Below, piece after piece: positions 1 to 9,621 of a stretch of DNA of 64,000 nucleotides. The position numbers and the translations under genes are program-made. The stretch spans positions 96,001 through 160,000 of the forward strand of contig JBFWMA010000003.1 of the NCBI GenBank assembly GCA_050251875.1, in the 5' to 3' direction. The notes below the pieces were generated by a model that saw only the letters and a list, made by a program, of their open reading frames with translations, was not told the DNA's origin and did no database searches. Numbering within the stretch: position 1 is the stretch's first letter; each line of letters starts with the position of its first letter. This DNA is from Deferribacterales bacterium. GTDB taxonomy: Bacteria; Chrysiogenota; Deferribacteres; Deferribacterales; Geovibrionaceae.

Positions 1-343
1 GATAACAGAAGCCATGCTGGCGGCGGACGGAAAACTATATGTATTTACACTGCCGTCTAAAGTGGAACAGCTCCTGGCGTCTAATCTCCAGAAAGGGGAT
101 GAAGGACAGGAGATCATTATAGACCCCTCTGTTGCACAAAAAATTCTTTCAGCTATAATAAGTAAATGCGATCAGTGCGTCGCAAAGGGACTTCCGCCCG
201 TGCTTATTGTTTCTCCCCCCCTGAGGCTGGCGATGAGACGCTTCGCAGAGAAGTTCGTCCGCACCATAAACATCATGTCTCACAATGAAATAGGAGATAA
301 CGTGAAGATAGAGAGCTTGGGCATGCTGGAGATTAATCTATGA
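1..343 (+). CDS. flhA: Flagellar biosynthesis protein FlhA, C-terminal end (5' part outside window)
   Basis: Frame open from window start; PPVLIVSPPLRLAMRRF...MSHNEI matches FlhA C-terminus; directly upstream of flhF. Confidence 0.9.
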   Translation, partial: ITEAMLAADGKLYVFTLPSKVEQLLASNLQKGDEGQEIIIDPSVAQKILSAIISKCDQCVAKGLPPVLIVSPPLRLAMRRFAEKFVRTINIMSHNEIGDNVKIESLGMLEINL

Positions 344-1554
344 GAATAAAGAAGTACGAGGCCTTCGACATGAAGGAGGCTCTCAGACTTATCAAAGAGG
401 AGCTGGGATCTGAAGCGGTGATTTTATCCACAAGAAAAGTGGTGAAAAACAACAGCTTCGGGCTTTTCTCACGCCCTATCATAGAAGTAACCGCCGGCGT
501 GGACGATGACGAAAGACTGAAATCCAGAAAGACTGTCGGAGCGAATGTGGAAGACAGCTATGCCCAGACATATAAACCTGTCTTCAAGCCTATCAGCACA
601 GAACCGGAAAAGAAAGACACAGACAAAATAGTAGAGATTATCAACGCTCTGGGACTGCACAAGTTCGACAGCATGATATCCGACATAGCCGATATCAAAA
701 AACAGATGCTGGAGATGAAATCCAGCATGAAAGAAAATATCTCTGTCGATCTGATCCCCGCCGTTATGGAATTTTACTCTATTCTGGTGAAAAACGGCGT
801 GGACGATGTGATCGCGTATAAATTCCTGAAAAAGATCGAGAAGAGAGCCTCCACGGCGGAACTGACACGCAATCAGGTGAAAAACCTGACAGCCCAGCTC
901 CTAAGCGAGCTGATTCCGGTGGAAAAAGACTATTTCTCAAACATAAAGCAGAAGGTGCTGGCAGTGGTCGGTCCCACAGGCGTGGGGAAAACCACCACCA
1001 TAGCCAAGATAGCCGCCAACCTCAGCCTCTCGCTGAACAAGTCGGTGGCGCTCATCACCATAGACAATTTCCGTATAGGCGCTGTGGAACAGCTCCGCAC
1101 CTATGCCGAGATAGTAAAGATCCCCCTGCGTGTGGCGGCGACTCCCAACGAGCTGGAGCACGTCATTAACGAGTGCAGGGATTTCGAGTATGTCTTCATC
1201 GATTCCATGGGCAGAAGCCAGTTCGACAACGACCAGATAGCAGAGCTGCGCAGGTTTATGGATGTGGACAACAGAATCAAGGTGGCGCTGGTTCTCTCCA
1301 TGAGCAGCAACCACGCGGAGCTGTCGGAGACCTATGACAGATATTCGAAACTTCTGCCGGAATACCTTATTTTTACTAAACTGGACGAAACAAAATATTT
1401 CGGTCCGCTGATAAATTTGCCGATTAAAAAGAAAACGCCCCTTATGTTACTGTCAAAGGGGCAGAATGTACCGGACGATATGGAACTTCCCGATGGCAAG
1501 AAAATTGCTTTTAAAGTTCTAAGCGAGATACCGTCCATGTGGAGCGACAAATGA
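340..1554 (+). CDS. flhF: Flagellar biosynthesis SRP-family GTPase FlhF
   Basis: MRIKKYEA..MKEAL..IKEELG N-terminus, GPTGVGKTTTIAK P-loop, RIGAVEQL, TKLDET, GQNVPDD. Confidence 0.95.
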   Translation: MRIKKYEAFDMKEALRLIKEELGSEAVILSTRKVVKNNSFGLFSRPIIEVTAGVDDDERLKSRKTVGANVEDSYAQTYKPVFKPISTEPEKKDTDKIVEIINALGLHKFDSMISDIADIKKQMLEMKSSMKENISVDLIPAVMEFYSILVKNGVDDVIAYKFLKKIEKRASTAELTRNQVKNLTAQLLSELIPVEKDYFSNIKQKVLAVVGPTGVGKTTTIAKIAANLSLSLNKSVALITIDNFRIGAVEQLRTYAEIVKIPLRVAATPNELEHVINECRDFEYVFIDSMGRSQFDNDQIAELRRFMDVDNRIKVALVLSMSSNHAELSETYDRYSKLLPEYLIFTKLDETKYFGPLINLPIKKKTPLMLLSKGQNVPDDMELPDGKKIAFKVLSEIPSMWSDK

Positions 1555-2396
1555 CGGATCAGGCGCACAGCCTGCGAAAGAAGGCGTGGGAGCAGAACAG
1601 AAAGGCTACATACATCTCCGTTTCCAGCGGAAAGGGCGGTGTGGGCAAAACAAATTTTGCCGTTAACCTTGCGTGTCTGCTGTCTCAGCTGGGAAAAAAA
1701 GTCCTTGTTTTCGACGCAGATCTTGGGCTTGCCAATGTTGACATTCTGCTGAACATCAGCGTAACTGCCTCCATCAGAAAATATCTGACCGGAGAAGCGG
1801 GACTTAATGATATCATCAAGAAGAATGTCCAGGGCATAGACGTCATACCTGCGTCCAGCGGATTCATGGAGCTTTCCAGCCTGTCTGAGGCCGAACACGA
1901 AAAACTGCTGGATATTTTCGTGCTCTTAGACCCGCACTACGATTTCATCATTTTCGACACAGGAGCCGGCATCTCCGAAAACGTCATCAGGTTCACTTCC
2001 ATCGCTGATCTGGTGATTGTGCTGACAGTGCCCGAGCCCACTGCCATCACCGATGCGTATGCCTTTATGAAGGTGGTTCACTTTCAGTACGGCATATCCG
2101 ACATTCACTTTGTTCTGAACAGAGTGGACGATGTGCAGGGCGTTAAGGGGATTTTTGAGAGTATGAAAAATGTCGCGCGGAAATTTCTTAATGTGGAGCT
2201 TAATCTGCTGGGATATCTGCGGGAGGACAAAACTCTTATAAAATCCGTTAAGAGCCAGAAGCCTGTCTGCATACTCGCCCCGAACACTGCCTACGTCAAA
2301 GATCTGCTGGTGATAGCCCGCAAGATCACAGGGCAGCTGGACACAGAGGTCAGAAAGGTCAACCTCTATGAGAGGCTGAAAGAGGTGTTCAAATGA
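1539..2396 (+). CDS. flhG: MinD-like ATPase FlhG/FleN (start may be ATG 1551)
   Basis: SGKGGVGKT deviant Walker A, DADLGLANVD, PEPTAITDAYA; follows flhF. Confidence 0.93.
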   Translation: MERQMTDQAHSLRKKAWEQNRKATYISVSSGKGGVGKTNFAVNLACLLSQLGKKVLVFDADLGLANVDILLNISVTASIRKYLTGEAGLNDIIKKNVQGIDVIPASSGFMELSSLSEAEHEKLLDIFVLLDPHYDFIIFDTGAGISENVIRFTSIADLVIVLTVPEPTAITDAYAFMKVVHFQYGISDIHFVLNRVDDVQGVKGIFESMKNVARKFLNVELNLLGYLREDKTLIKSVKSQKPVCILAPNTAYVKDLLVIARKITGQLDTEVRKVNLYERLKEVFK

Positions 2397-2418
2397 GCCT
2401 GCTTAACGGGAGGGCATC

Positions 2419-2622
2419 ATGAACTTATCCTACAGAGAAATGGCACTGCTCATCTCTTCCACGATCTTCATCATCTCTTTTGTGATGAAATTCGTGATTT
2501 TAGATGTAAAATTGACTTATATGTTCAGGGACATTATAATGTTCTTCGCAATCTATATGATTGCCAAGAACTTGTTTTTTATGATAGACCGAATATTAAT
2601 TAACTTCAGGAAAATAATGTGA
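2419..2622 (+). CDS. Small hypothetical membrane protein (two hydrophobic segments)
   Basis: GGAGGG RBS upstream; fills flhG-fliA gap; stop overlaps fliA GTG start. Confidence 0.55.
   Translation: MNLSYREMALLISSTIFIISFVMKFVILDVKLTYMFRDIIMFFAIYMIAKNLFFMIDRILINFRKIM
2512..2540 (+). promoter_or_regulatory. Sigma70-type promoter upstream of fliA
   Basis: TTGACT (2512-2517), 17 nt spacer, TATAAT (2535-2540). Confidence 0.65.
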
Positions 2623-3356
2623 CACCTTACGAGTCCATGTCCGGCAACAGATTTAGCCGTGAAGAGAAAGAAAAAATTATTCTCGAATTCATGCCTAAGA
2701 TTAAATCATGGGTACTGCGTCTCAGTACCACTCTGCCCGACAGCGTTGATGTGGACGATCTCTATTCATCCGCCTGTCTGGGGCTCATAGAGTCTCTGGA
2801 GAGGTTCGACAAAGACAGAAACGTTAATTTCTATACATACGGCGAAAGACGGATTAAAGGCGCGATACTCGATACCCTGCGCAATCTGGACTTTCTCCCC
2901 CGCAACGTGCGCACAAGGCTGAAACAGCTGGAAAGGCACATGGACAGTCACTATCGCAAAGAGGGCGTGAAGCCCAGCGTGGAAGAGATTCTGGAGAACA
3001 GCGACTTTACCGAGACAGAGATTCACAGGCTCCAGGAGCTGATGGAAAACGACAAGGTTCTGAGTCTGGACGAGACAGTGGGACCGGAGGGCGAATCAAC
3101 ACTGGTGGATTTCATCCGCTACGCCGGACTCACCCCCGAAGACGAAACAATGAAAAACAGGCTGGTTCAGAAACTGGCAGAAGAGATAGACAGCCTTAAC
3201 GAAAAAGAGAAATATGTAGTTTCACTCTATTATTATGAAGAGCTGACAATGAAAGAGATAGCCGAGGTTCTGGGCATCACGGAATCCAGGGTATCTCAGA
3301 TACATTCGGCGGCAGCCTCTAAGTTGCAGAAGAGACTGAGGGAATTTTATGAATAA
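2619..3356 (+). CDS. fliA: RNA polymerase sigma-28 factor FliA
   Basis: RIKGAILDTLR region 2, LYYYEELTMKEIAEVLGITESRVSQIH region 4; canonical position after flhFG. Confidence 0.95.
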   Translation: MTPYESMSGNRFSREEKEKIILEFMPKIKSWVLRLSTTLPDSVDVDDLYSSACLGLIESLERFDKDRNVNFYTYGERRIKGAILDTLRNLDFLPRNVRTRLKQLERHMDSHYRKEGVKPSVEEILENSDFTETEIHRLQELMENDKVLSLDETVGPEGESTLVDFIRYAGLTPEDETMKNRLVQKLAEEIDSLNEKEKYVVSLYYYEELTMKEIAEVLGITESRVSQIHSAAASKLQKRLREFYE

Positions 3357-4416
3357 GATTAGTGTTCTGGTGGTGGACGATTCCGCTTTTATGAGAAAAG
3401 CCATAGAGAGCATGCTGGCTAAGGATCCTGATATTCAGGTTGTCGGCTTTGCGGCTAACGGGCTTGAAGCCATAGAGAAGGTTCGCACACTGAAGCCGGA
3501 CGTTGTGACTCTTGATATAGAAATGCCCAGAATGGACGGTCTGACCGCTCTGGAAAAAATCATGGCGGAGAACCCTCTTCCCGTTATCATGGTGAGCTCG
3601 CTCACCACAGAGGGAGCGGACGCCACTCTGAAGGCTCTCGATCTGGGCGCCGTGGACTTTATTCCGAAAGATAAATCATTCGCCAGTTTCGGCGTGCTGA
3701 AGATAGAAGACGATCTGAGAGACAAGGTGAAAAACTTCGGCAGAAGGAAACACTTTTTCTCACGCCCCAGACGTCCCGCAGCCCCCTCGGGCATAGCGGC
3801 GCCTGTGGCTCCCACCATCACTAAAGCGGCTCCGAAAATCGGCGCCAAGAAAAAACTGGTTATCATCGGCACATCCACCGGAGGTCCCCAGTCGCTCCAG
3901 AAAGTAATCCCCATGCTGCCCGCCGACCTTGGCGTGCCCGTGGTTATAGTTCAGCATATGCCCCCCAACTTCACAAAATCACTGGCGCAGAGGCTCGATT
4001 CTCTGAGCAAGGTGAGAGTTATGGAGGCGCAGGGCAGAGAACAGCTCGAGCCAAACACTGTGTACATAGCCAAAGGCGGCATGCACCTTAAACTCAAAAA
4101 ATCCGGTATGGGCTGGATGACAGAGGTCACACCCGACCCCGCTAACACCCTTCACATCCCCAGCGTGGACGTGACAGCGGCATCCGTTGCGGAAGTCGCC
4201 GGAAAAGACGCCCTCGGTGTTATCATGACTGGGATGGGATCTGACGGTATGAAGGGGCTTCAGCTTCTGAAGCTGAAAGGCGGCAACGTAATAGCGCAGA
4301 ACGAAGCTACCTGCGTGGTATACGGAATGCCCAGAGCCGTTGTGGAATCCAATTTTCATGACGAGGTTGTCCCCCTCGAAGAGATATATCAGCGCATAGT
4401 CGCATATTGTAAATAA
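3349..4416 (+). CDS. cheB: Chemotaxis methylesterase CheB (REC + methylesterase)
   Basis: REC domain then STGGP, QHMP, MTGMGSDG, VYGMP motifs. Confidence 0.96.
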   Translation: MNKISVLVVDDSAFMRKAIESMLAKDPDIQVVGFAANGLEAIEKVRTLKPDVVTLDIEMPRMDGLTALEKIMAENPLPVIMVSSLTTEGADATLKALDLGAVDFIPKDKSFASFGVLKIEDDLRDKVKNFGRRKHFFSRPRRPAAPSGIAAPVAPTITKAAPKIGAKKKLVIIGTSTGGPQSLQKVIPMLPADLGVPVVIVQHMPPNFTKSLAQRLDSLSKVRVMEAQGREQLEPNTVYIAKGGMHLKLKKSGMGWMTEVTPDPANTLHIPSVDVTAASVAEVAGKDALGVIMTGMGSDGMKGLQLLKLKGGNVIAQNEATCVVYGMPRAVVESNFHDEVVPLEEIYQRIVAYCK

Positions 4417-4455
4417 GAAATCTCCCCTAACCCCTCTTTAGAAAAGAGGGGAAAA
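4415..4455. repeat. Dispersed palindromic repeat, family A (copy 1)
   Basis: AAGAAATCTCCCCTAACCCCTCTTTAGAAAAGAGGGGAAAA; 38/41 identical to 51255-51295. Confidence 0.8.
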
Positions 4456-4494
4456 AGCACAGGATGTGCTTCGTGGAGCGATCGGAAATTTTCT

Positions 4495-4519
4495 GTAGGG
4501 CGGTATTTTACATACCGCC
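4495..4519 (+). repeat. GTAG-type REP-like hairpin
   Basis: GTAG followed by perfect 8-bp stem GGCGGTAT-tttac-ATACCGCC; single copy seen in window. Confidence 0.55.
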
Positions 4520-4546
4520 GCAATTGTATAAAGGAGCGAACAGTTA

Positions 4547-5557
4547 ATGGCGGATATTCTTAGTCAGGAGGAAATTGACGCCCTGCTTTCCACCGTATCC
4601 ACTGATGACGACATTTCCGAAGAATCTGTCGAACAGTTGGATTTCGTCCCGAAGAAGATTTCCGTTTATGACTTCCGCAGACCTGACCGTGTCAGCAAGG
4701 AACAGCTCCGCTCCATACGCAACCTGCACGACAAATTCGCCAGAAACTATTCATCTACTCTGTCGAATTATCTCAGAACTATCACAGACATAACCCTTAC
4801 ATCAGTGGATCAGATGACATACGGCGAATTTCTGATGTCTCTGCCTGATCCCACCAGTTTCAACATCATCAGCATGATCCCCATGGAGGGCAACACCGTT
4901 CTGGAGATCAACCCTTCGCTGGTTTTTCCCATCGTGGATAAACTGCTGGGCGGCACAGGAAAGCCCCTGTTCCAGACCAGAGAGCTCACCACGCTGGAAC
5001 AGCACATTATGGACGGCATACTCGGACTGATCCTGAAAGATCTGGAGGAAGTCTGGCGCCAGATCATCCCCAACATCCGCATGAAGAAGGAACTGAGCGA
5101 AAACAGCCCCCACATCATTCAGATCGTTTCACAGAATGAGGTTGTCATTCTGGTGGTATTCGAGGTCAAGTTCGGCGAGGTGCTGGGCATGATGAACCTC
5201 TGTATTCCGGCGATCGTTCTGGAACCTGTTCTGGGCAAAATCAGCTCCACTGACTGGCTCATCGGCGCCAAAAAAGGTCAGACAGGCGACAACGAACAGG
5301 AAATTCTCACCATTCTCAACGAAACAGAAGTGGATACCAATGTATATATGGGACACAGCAAGCTGAACATAGAGGAGATACTCGATCTTTCCAGAGGAGA
5401 TCTCGTTATGTTCAAGGTGAAAAGCGACAGACCCTCAGAAATTTTTATCAACAACAAGAAAAAGTTTCTGGGAACTGTCGGCACTCTCGGCGTGAAAAAG
5501 GCCGTAAAAATAACCGAATTTATCACGGAGAATAAGGATGAAAACACCGCTGAGTGA
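4547..5557 (+). CDS. fliM: Flagellar motor switch protein FliM
   Basis: ILSQEEIDALL CheY-binding peptide, YDFRRPDRVSKEQLR, LLGG. Confidence 0.96.
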   Translation: MADILSQEEIDALLSTVSTDDDISEESVEQLDFVPKKISVYDFRRPDRVSKEQLRSIRNLHDKFARNYSSTLSNYLRTITDITLTSVDQMTYGEFLMSLPDPTSFNIISMIPMEGNTVLEINPSLVFPIVDKLLGGTGKPLFQTRELTTLEQHIMDGILGLILKDLEEVWRQIIPNIRMKKELSENSPHIIQIVSQNEVVILVVFEVKFGEVLGMMNLCIPAIVLEPVLGKISSTDWLIGAKKGQTGDNEQEILTILNETEVDTNVYMGHSKLNIEEILDLSRGDLVMFKVKSDRPSEIFINNKKKFLGTVGTLGVKKAVKITEFITENKDENTAE

Positions 5558-6452
5558 CGATCAACATGCCATGTTTACCGATGTGGTTCAGAATGTTTTT
5601 CAGAATACTCTGGACAGCATGTTCGATAAAGATATCACCCTGTCATTCATACAGGTTGTAAACGCCTCCCCGGACGATCTCGCCGAGGGCTATGAGGGAC
5701 AGACTCTGATCCTCGCCACGGAAGAGAAGACAGGCATGGAAGCGGGACTTATATTCAAGACCGTGGATATCACATATCTGACTAATCTGATGATGATGAT
5801 GGACGAGCCCGGCAAAGATACTCTGGAATCTGACGACAAAGACGCCATAAAAGAGCTGGCTTCGCAGGTTCTCGCCTCCTGTTCCGTGCCCGTGGAGGAG
5901 AAGACTGGAGTTAAGGTTTCATTCCGTGTGGACGATGTTATGGTAAATGACGCTCCGGCGTTATTCCAGGCTTCCGAATATATGATGGCGGACGGTTCTC
6001 TGTCCATCGGAGAGCAGAACACCACTTTCCGTTTTTATACTGACGCTTCTCTCTTGAACCTCTTTTCAGGCGGTTCAGGAGCCGGAATGGACGAAGAACC
6101 CGATTTCGGAGCGGCGTTCAAGTTTCCGGACGAAGAGCAGATGTCCATGCCCGACCTGGGCGGAGGACATTCCATACCCGGAGCTCATCCGCAGAACCTT
6201 GATCTGCTGCTTGATATTGATGTTCCTGTCAGCGTCAAAATGGGCTCGACAAATATGTTTTTAAAGGACATACTTACTATGGGCTCAGGAAACATAATTG
6301 AGCTCGATGAATCCGCCGATGAGCCTGTTGAACTTGTGATAAACAACAAAGTCATAGCCAGAGGCGAGGTTGTCATCGTTGATGGTTATTTTGGTTTCAG
6401 AATCAAAGAAATTGTCAGCCGCGCAGAACGTATTAAGAAATTAAAAGATTGA
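5538..6452 (+). CDS. fliN: Flagellar motor switch protein FliN/FliY (CheC-like N-terminus + SpoA domain)
   Basis: C-terminal NLDLLLDIDV...IARGEVVIVDGYFGFRI SpoA domain; follows fliM. Confidence 0.9.
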   Translation: MKTPLSDDQHAMFTDVVQNVFQNTLDSMFDKDITLSFIQVVNASPDDLAEGYEGQTLILATEEKTGMEAGLIFKTVDITYLTNLMMMMDEPGKDTLESDDKDAIKELASQVLASCSVPVEEKTGVKVSFRVDDVMVNDAPALFQASEYMMADGSLSIGEQNTTFRFYTDASLLNLFSGGSGAGMDEEPDFGAAFKFPDEEQMSMPDLGGGHSIPGAHPQNLDLLLDIDVPVSVKMGSTNMFLKDILTMGSGNIIELDESADEPVELVINNKVIARGEVVIVDGYFGFRIKEIVSRAERIKKLKD

Positions 6453-6477
6453 CAGTAACGGTTAATTTAGAAATAAT
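6449..6477 (+). promoter_or_regulatory. Sigma70-type promoter for cheY-cheZ-cheA
   Basis: TTGACA (6449-6454, overlapping the fliN stop), 17 nt, AATAAT (6472-6477). Confidence 0.5.
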
Positions 6478-6509
6478 ATAAATAAGACAAACAAGGTGGA
6501 GGATCCGAA

Positions 6510-6887
6510 ATGGCTTATGACCACGTGATTATTACGGTTGATGACTCTTCAACTATGCGAAGAATCATCAAAAACACGCTGACTAAGCTTGGCTTCAATA
6601 ACGTTCTGGAAGCGGGTAACGGTGTTGAGGGACTTGATGTGCTGGCTAAGAACGAAGTGGATCTGATCATTACCGACTGGAACATGCCGGAGATGGACGG
6701 ACTCACATTCGTTAAGACTCTCAGAGCCAAAGACGAGTACAAAGAAACCCCCATTCTCATGGTTACTACCGAAGCCGCAAAAGAGGATATCCTGACTGCT
6801 CTGCGCAGTGGTGTGAACAACTATGTCGTTAAACCTTTCACACCGGATACCCTTCAGGAAAAGGTGAATAAGCTTCTGGGACTGTAA
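6510..6887 (+). CDS. cheY: Chemotaxis response regulator CheY
   Basis: DDSSTMRRI, DWNMPEMDG, VTTEA, KPFT; GGAGG RBS. Confidence 0.93.
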   Translation: MAYDHVIITVDDSSTMRRIIKNTLTKLGFNNVLEAGNGVEGLDVLAKNEVDLIITDWNMPEMDGLTFVKTLRAKDEYKETPILMVTTEAAKEDILTALRSGVNNYVVKPFTPDTLQEKVNKLLGL

Positions 6888-6888
6888 T

Positions 6889-7521
6889 ATGTCTGATTAC
6901 AAAGACATAAATGAGCTTCTGGATATTGCCAGAAGTATCAATGAAGGAAATTATGATGTTGTCAGCGTTGATGTAAACGCCGAAAACGAACTTTTTCATA
7001 TCGCGCAATATTTCAGTGACGCGGTCAATAAACTGAAAGCTGTGTTCGATACGGTCGAGGACAGCTATGAAGACCTCCCCGGATTCGAAGACACCCTGAA
7101 AACTATTATCTCCGATTCAAAAACAGCGTCAGAGAACGTTCTCTCATGCGTTGACAGAATAAATTTCATTACCGATGACATAAAAGAAAACCTCCAGACC
7201 ATTAAATCTCAGGTGGAGGCGGGAACATACGGACAGGCGGGCGGAATCATCGATCGTCTGCGTGACAAAGCGCTCTCCGGACAGGATACTTGCTTTGATA
7301 TTATAGCTTCTCTTGAATTTCAGGATATTACCAAGCAGAAAATAGATAAACTTGTTAAAATAATATACGACCTTCAGGAGAGGATGGCGCATCTTGTTCT
7401 GATGTTCGGCATTAAAGAGAATAAGATTGATGTCCATATGCTGGACAAAATAAAAGATAAAAAAGACTTACTCAAAGATCAGAACCTTGTTGACGAACTG
7501 CTCAAAGAGTTCGGTCAATAA
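6889..7521 (+). CDS. cheZ: CheZ-like phosphatase
   Basis: LEFQDITKQKI = CheZ DxxxQ motif; lies between cheY and cheA. Confidence 0.75.
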   Translation: MSDYKDINELLDIARSINEGNYDVVSVDVNAENELFHIAQYFSDAVNKLKAVFDTVEDSYEDLPGFEDTLKTIISDSKTASENVLSCVDRINFITDDIKENLQTIKSQVEAGTYGQAGGIIDRLRDKALSGQDTCFDIIASLEFQDITKQKIDKLVKIIYDLQERMAHLVLMFGIKENKIDVHMLDKIKDKKDLLKDQNLVDELLKEFGQ

Positions 7522-7536
7522 GCTCTGGAGGGCACC

Positions 7537-9621
7537 ATGAATAATGAAATGCAAGACCTCGTACAGGATTTTATTCTTGAAACTGACGAAATCATTGAAA
7601 ACCTCGATCAGGACCTCATCGAGCTTGAGAACAGAAAAAATGACTTTGAACTTCTGAATAAAATATTCAGGGCGGCGCACACTATGAAAGGCGCCTCTTC
7701 CTTCCTCGGATTCGACAAGCTGAGCGGTGTTACACACCACGCGGAAGAGATCCTGAACAAACTCAGAAAGAATGAGATGCAGGTGACTCCTCCCATCATG
7801 GACGTTCTGCTGGAGTTCGTGGATATCACCAAGCAGATTCTGGGCGATATTAAAAACGGCACAGACACCGCAAGCATAGACGACATCGTCAGAAAGCTGA
7901 AACTCGGAAACGAAGGCAAGCTGGAAGGCGGAGCGGGCGCTTCTTCCGCTTCATCCGGCGGGGATTCCGCTCCGAAGAGAGAGAGCGTTGAGCAGGTGAA
8001 AAAAGCCGCCGTGGCGATTGAGCAGACCATCCGTGTGGATGTTTCCCGTCTGGACTCTCTGATGAACCTTGTGGGTGAGCTTGTTCTCAGCCGTAACCGT
8101 ATCGGACAGATATCCGGCGAACTGGAAAAGAAATTCGAGGGCGAGTTCCTCATCGAACAGCTGATGGAAACCACATCTCAGATCGGTCTTATATCCACAG
8201 AGCTTCAGCTCGCGGTTATGAAGACCAGAATGGTACCCATCGGAAAAGTGTTTAATAAATTCCCCAGAATGGTACGCGACCTCTGCCGTGATATGGGCAA
8301 GGACATCGACCTTGTGATCACAGGTGAGGAAACAGAGCTTGATAAATCTGTCGTGGAAGAGATCGGCGACCCCCTGATGCACATGATCAGAAACGCCGTT
8401 GACCACGGTGTGGAAAAACCCGAAGAGAGACGCAAAACAGGCAAACCCGATAAGGGAACCGTAAACCTCTCCGCTTATCACGAGGGCAACCACATTGTCG
8501 TTGAAATCAAAGACGACGGTAAGGGTATGGACCCTGAAGTTCTGAAAAAGAAAGCGATAGAAAAGAATGTCATAACACCTGACGAAGCCAAAAACATGGA
8601 CAACGAAACAGCTTTCGGTCTGGTTTTCAAACCCGGCTTCTCCACAGCGGCTCAGATCACTGACGTTTCCGGTCGAGGCGTTGGTATGGACGTTGTTAAG
8701 ACAAACATAGAAAAACTGAACGGTATCATCAACATAGAATCAGAGATCGGTCACGGTACAAGATTCAAGATGAAACTGCCCCTCACACTTGCCATCATCC
8801 AGGCTCTTCTGGTTGAGGTATCCGGCGAGGTTCTGGCAATTCCTCTTGTTTCCGTTATCGAGACAGTGCGCATCAACGAAAAAGAGATCCACAGCTTCGA
8901 GGGAAGAGAAGTGCTGAAACTGCGTGATTCCGTTCTCAGCCTTATCCGCCTGAACGAGATTTATGAGTTTCAGGAATCCTACGATGACGACATCTATGTC
9001 GTTGTTGTGGGTATAGCTGAAAAACGCCTCGGTTTCATCGTTAACAAACTTGTGGGACAGGAAGAGATCGTTATCAAATCTCTGGGCGAATACCTGAGCG
9101 GCAACGAAGGCATAGCCGGAGCCACAATCATGGGTGACGGACGTGTGAGACTCATCATAGACGTTGCCGGCGTTATGGAAATCGCTTCCAAAATGCCCAG
9201 AAGATTCAGAAAGAAAAAACAGGCGGAAACCAGCAAAAGATCAGATAAAGTGACTGTTCTGGTTGTTGACGACTCAGCCACAGACCGCAAGATCATCTCA
9301 CGTCTGCTGACATCCACAGGATGGATAGAGAGCAGAGAGGTGACAAGCGGTAAAGACGCTGTGAAGATGATCGACAAACTGAACCCTGATATAGTAATCA
9401 CAGACATTATGATGCCCGATATGGACGGATATGAAGTCGCCAAAAGCCTGCGTGAGAAAGGTTATAACAACCCCATCATCGCCGCTTCCGGCCGCTCTGA
9501 CATCTCCGAGCGCAAGAAAATATCCGCCGCCGGGATCGATGCTTTCCTTCTGAAGCCTCTCAACCTGCAGATGCTTCTGGATAAGATCGATGAGCTTATG
9601 GCGAACTCTGCTCGTTCTTAG
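7537..9621 (+). CDS. cheA: Chemotaxis histidine kinase CheA with C-terminal receiver domain
   Basis: HPt FRAAHTMKG, TIRVDV dimerisation domain, RNAVDHG / SGRGVGMDVV kinase boxes, CheW-like domain, terminal REC (DIMMPDMDG). Confidence 0.96.
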   Translation: MNNEMQDLVQDFILETDEIIENLDQDLIELENRKNDFELLNKIFRAAHTMKGASSFLGFDKLSGVTHHAEEILNKLRKNEMQVTPPIMDVLLEFVDITKQILGDIKNGTDTASIDDIVRKLKLGNEGKLEGGAGASSASSGGDSAPKRESVEQVKKAAVAIEQTIRVDVSRLDSLMNLVGELVLSRNRIGQISGELEKKFEGEFLIEQLMETTSQIGLISTELQLAVMKTRMVPIGKVFNKFPRMVRDLCRDMGKDIDLVITGEETELDKSVVEEIGDPLMHMIRNAVDHGVEKPEERRKTGKPDKGTVNLSAYHEGNHIVVEIKDDGKGMDPEVLKKKAIEKNVITPDEAKNMDNETAFGLVFKPGFSTAAQITDVSGRGVGMDVVKTNIEKLNGIINIESEIGHGTRFKMKLPLTLAIIQALLVEVSGEVLAIPLVSVIETVRINEKEIHSFEGREVLKLRDSVLSLIRLNEIYEFQESYDDDIYVVVVGIAEKRLGFIVNKLVGQEEIVIKSLGEYLSGNEGIAGATIMGDGRVRLIIDVAGVMEIASKMPRRFRKKKQAETSKRSDKVTVLVVDDSATDRKIISRLLTSTGWIESREVTSGKDAVKMIDKLNPDIVITDIMMPDMDGYEVAKSLREKGYNNPIIAASGRSDISERKKISAAGIDAFLLKPLNLQMLLDKIDELMANSARS

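Noticed and set aside
424..432. Perfect DnaA box in flhF (another at 47394-47402)
   Set aside because: Isolated intragenic 9-mers are expected by chance; no cluster or unwinding element nearby
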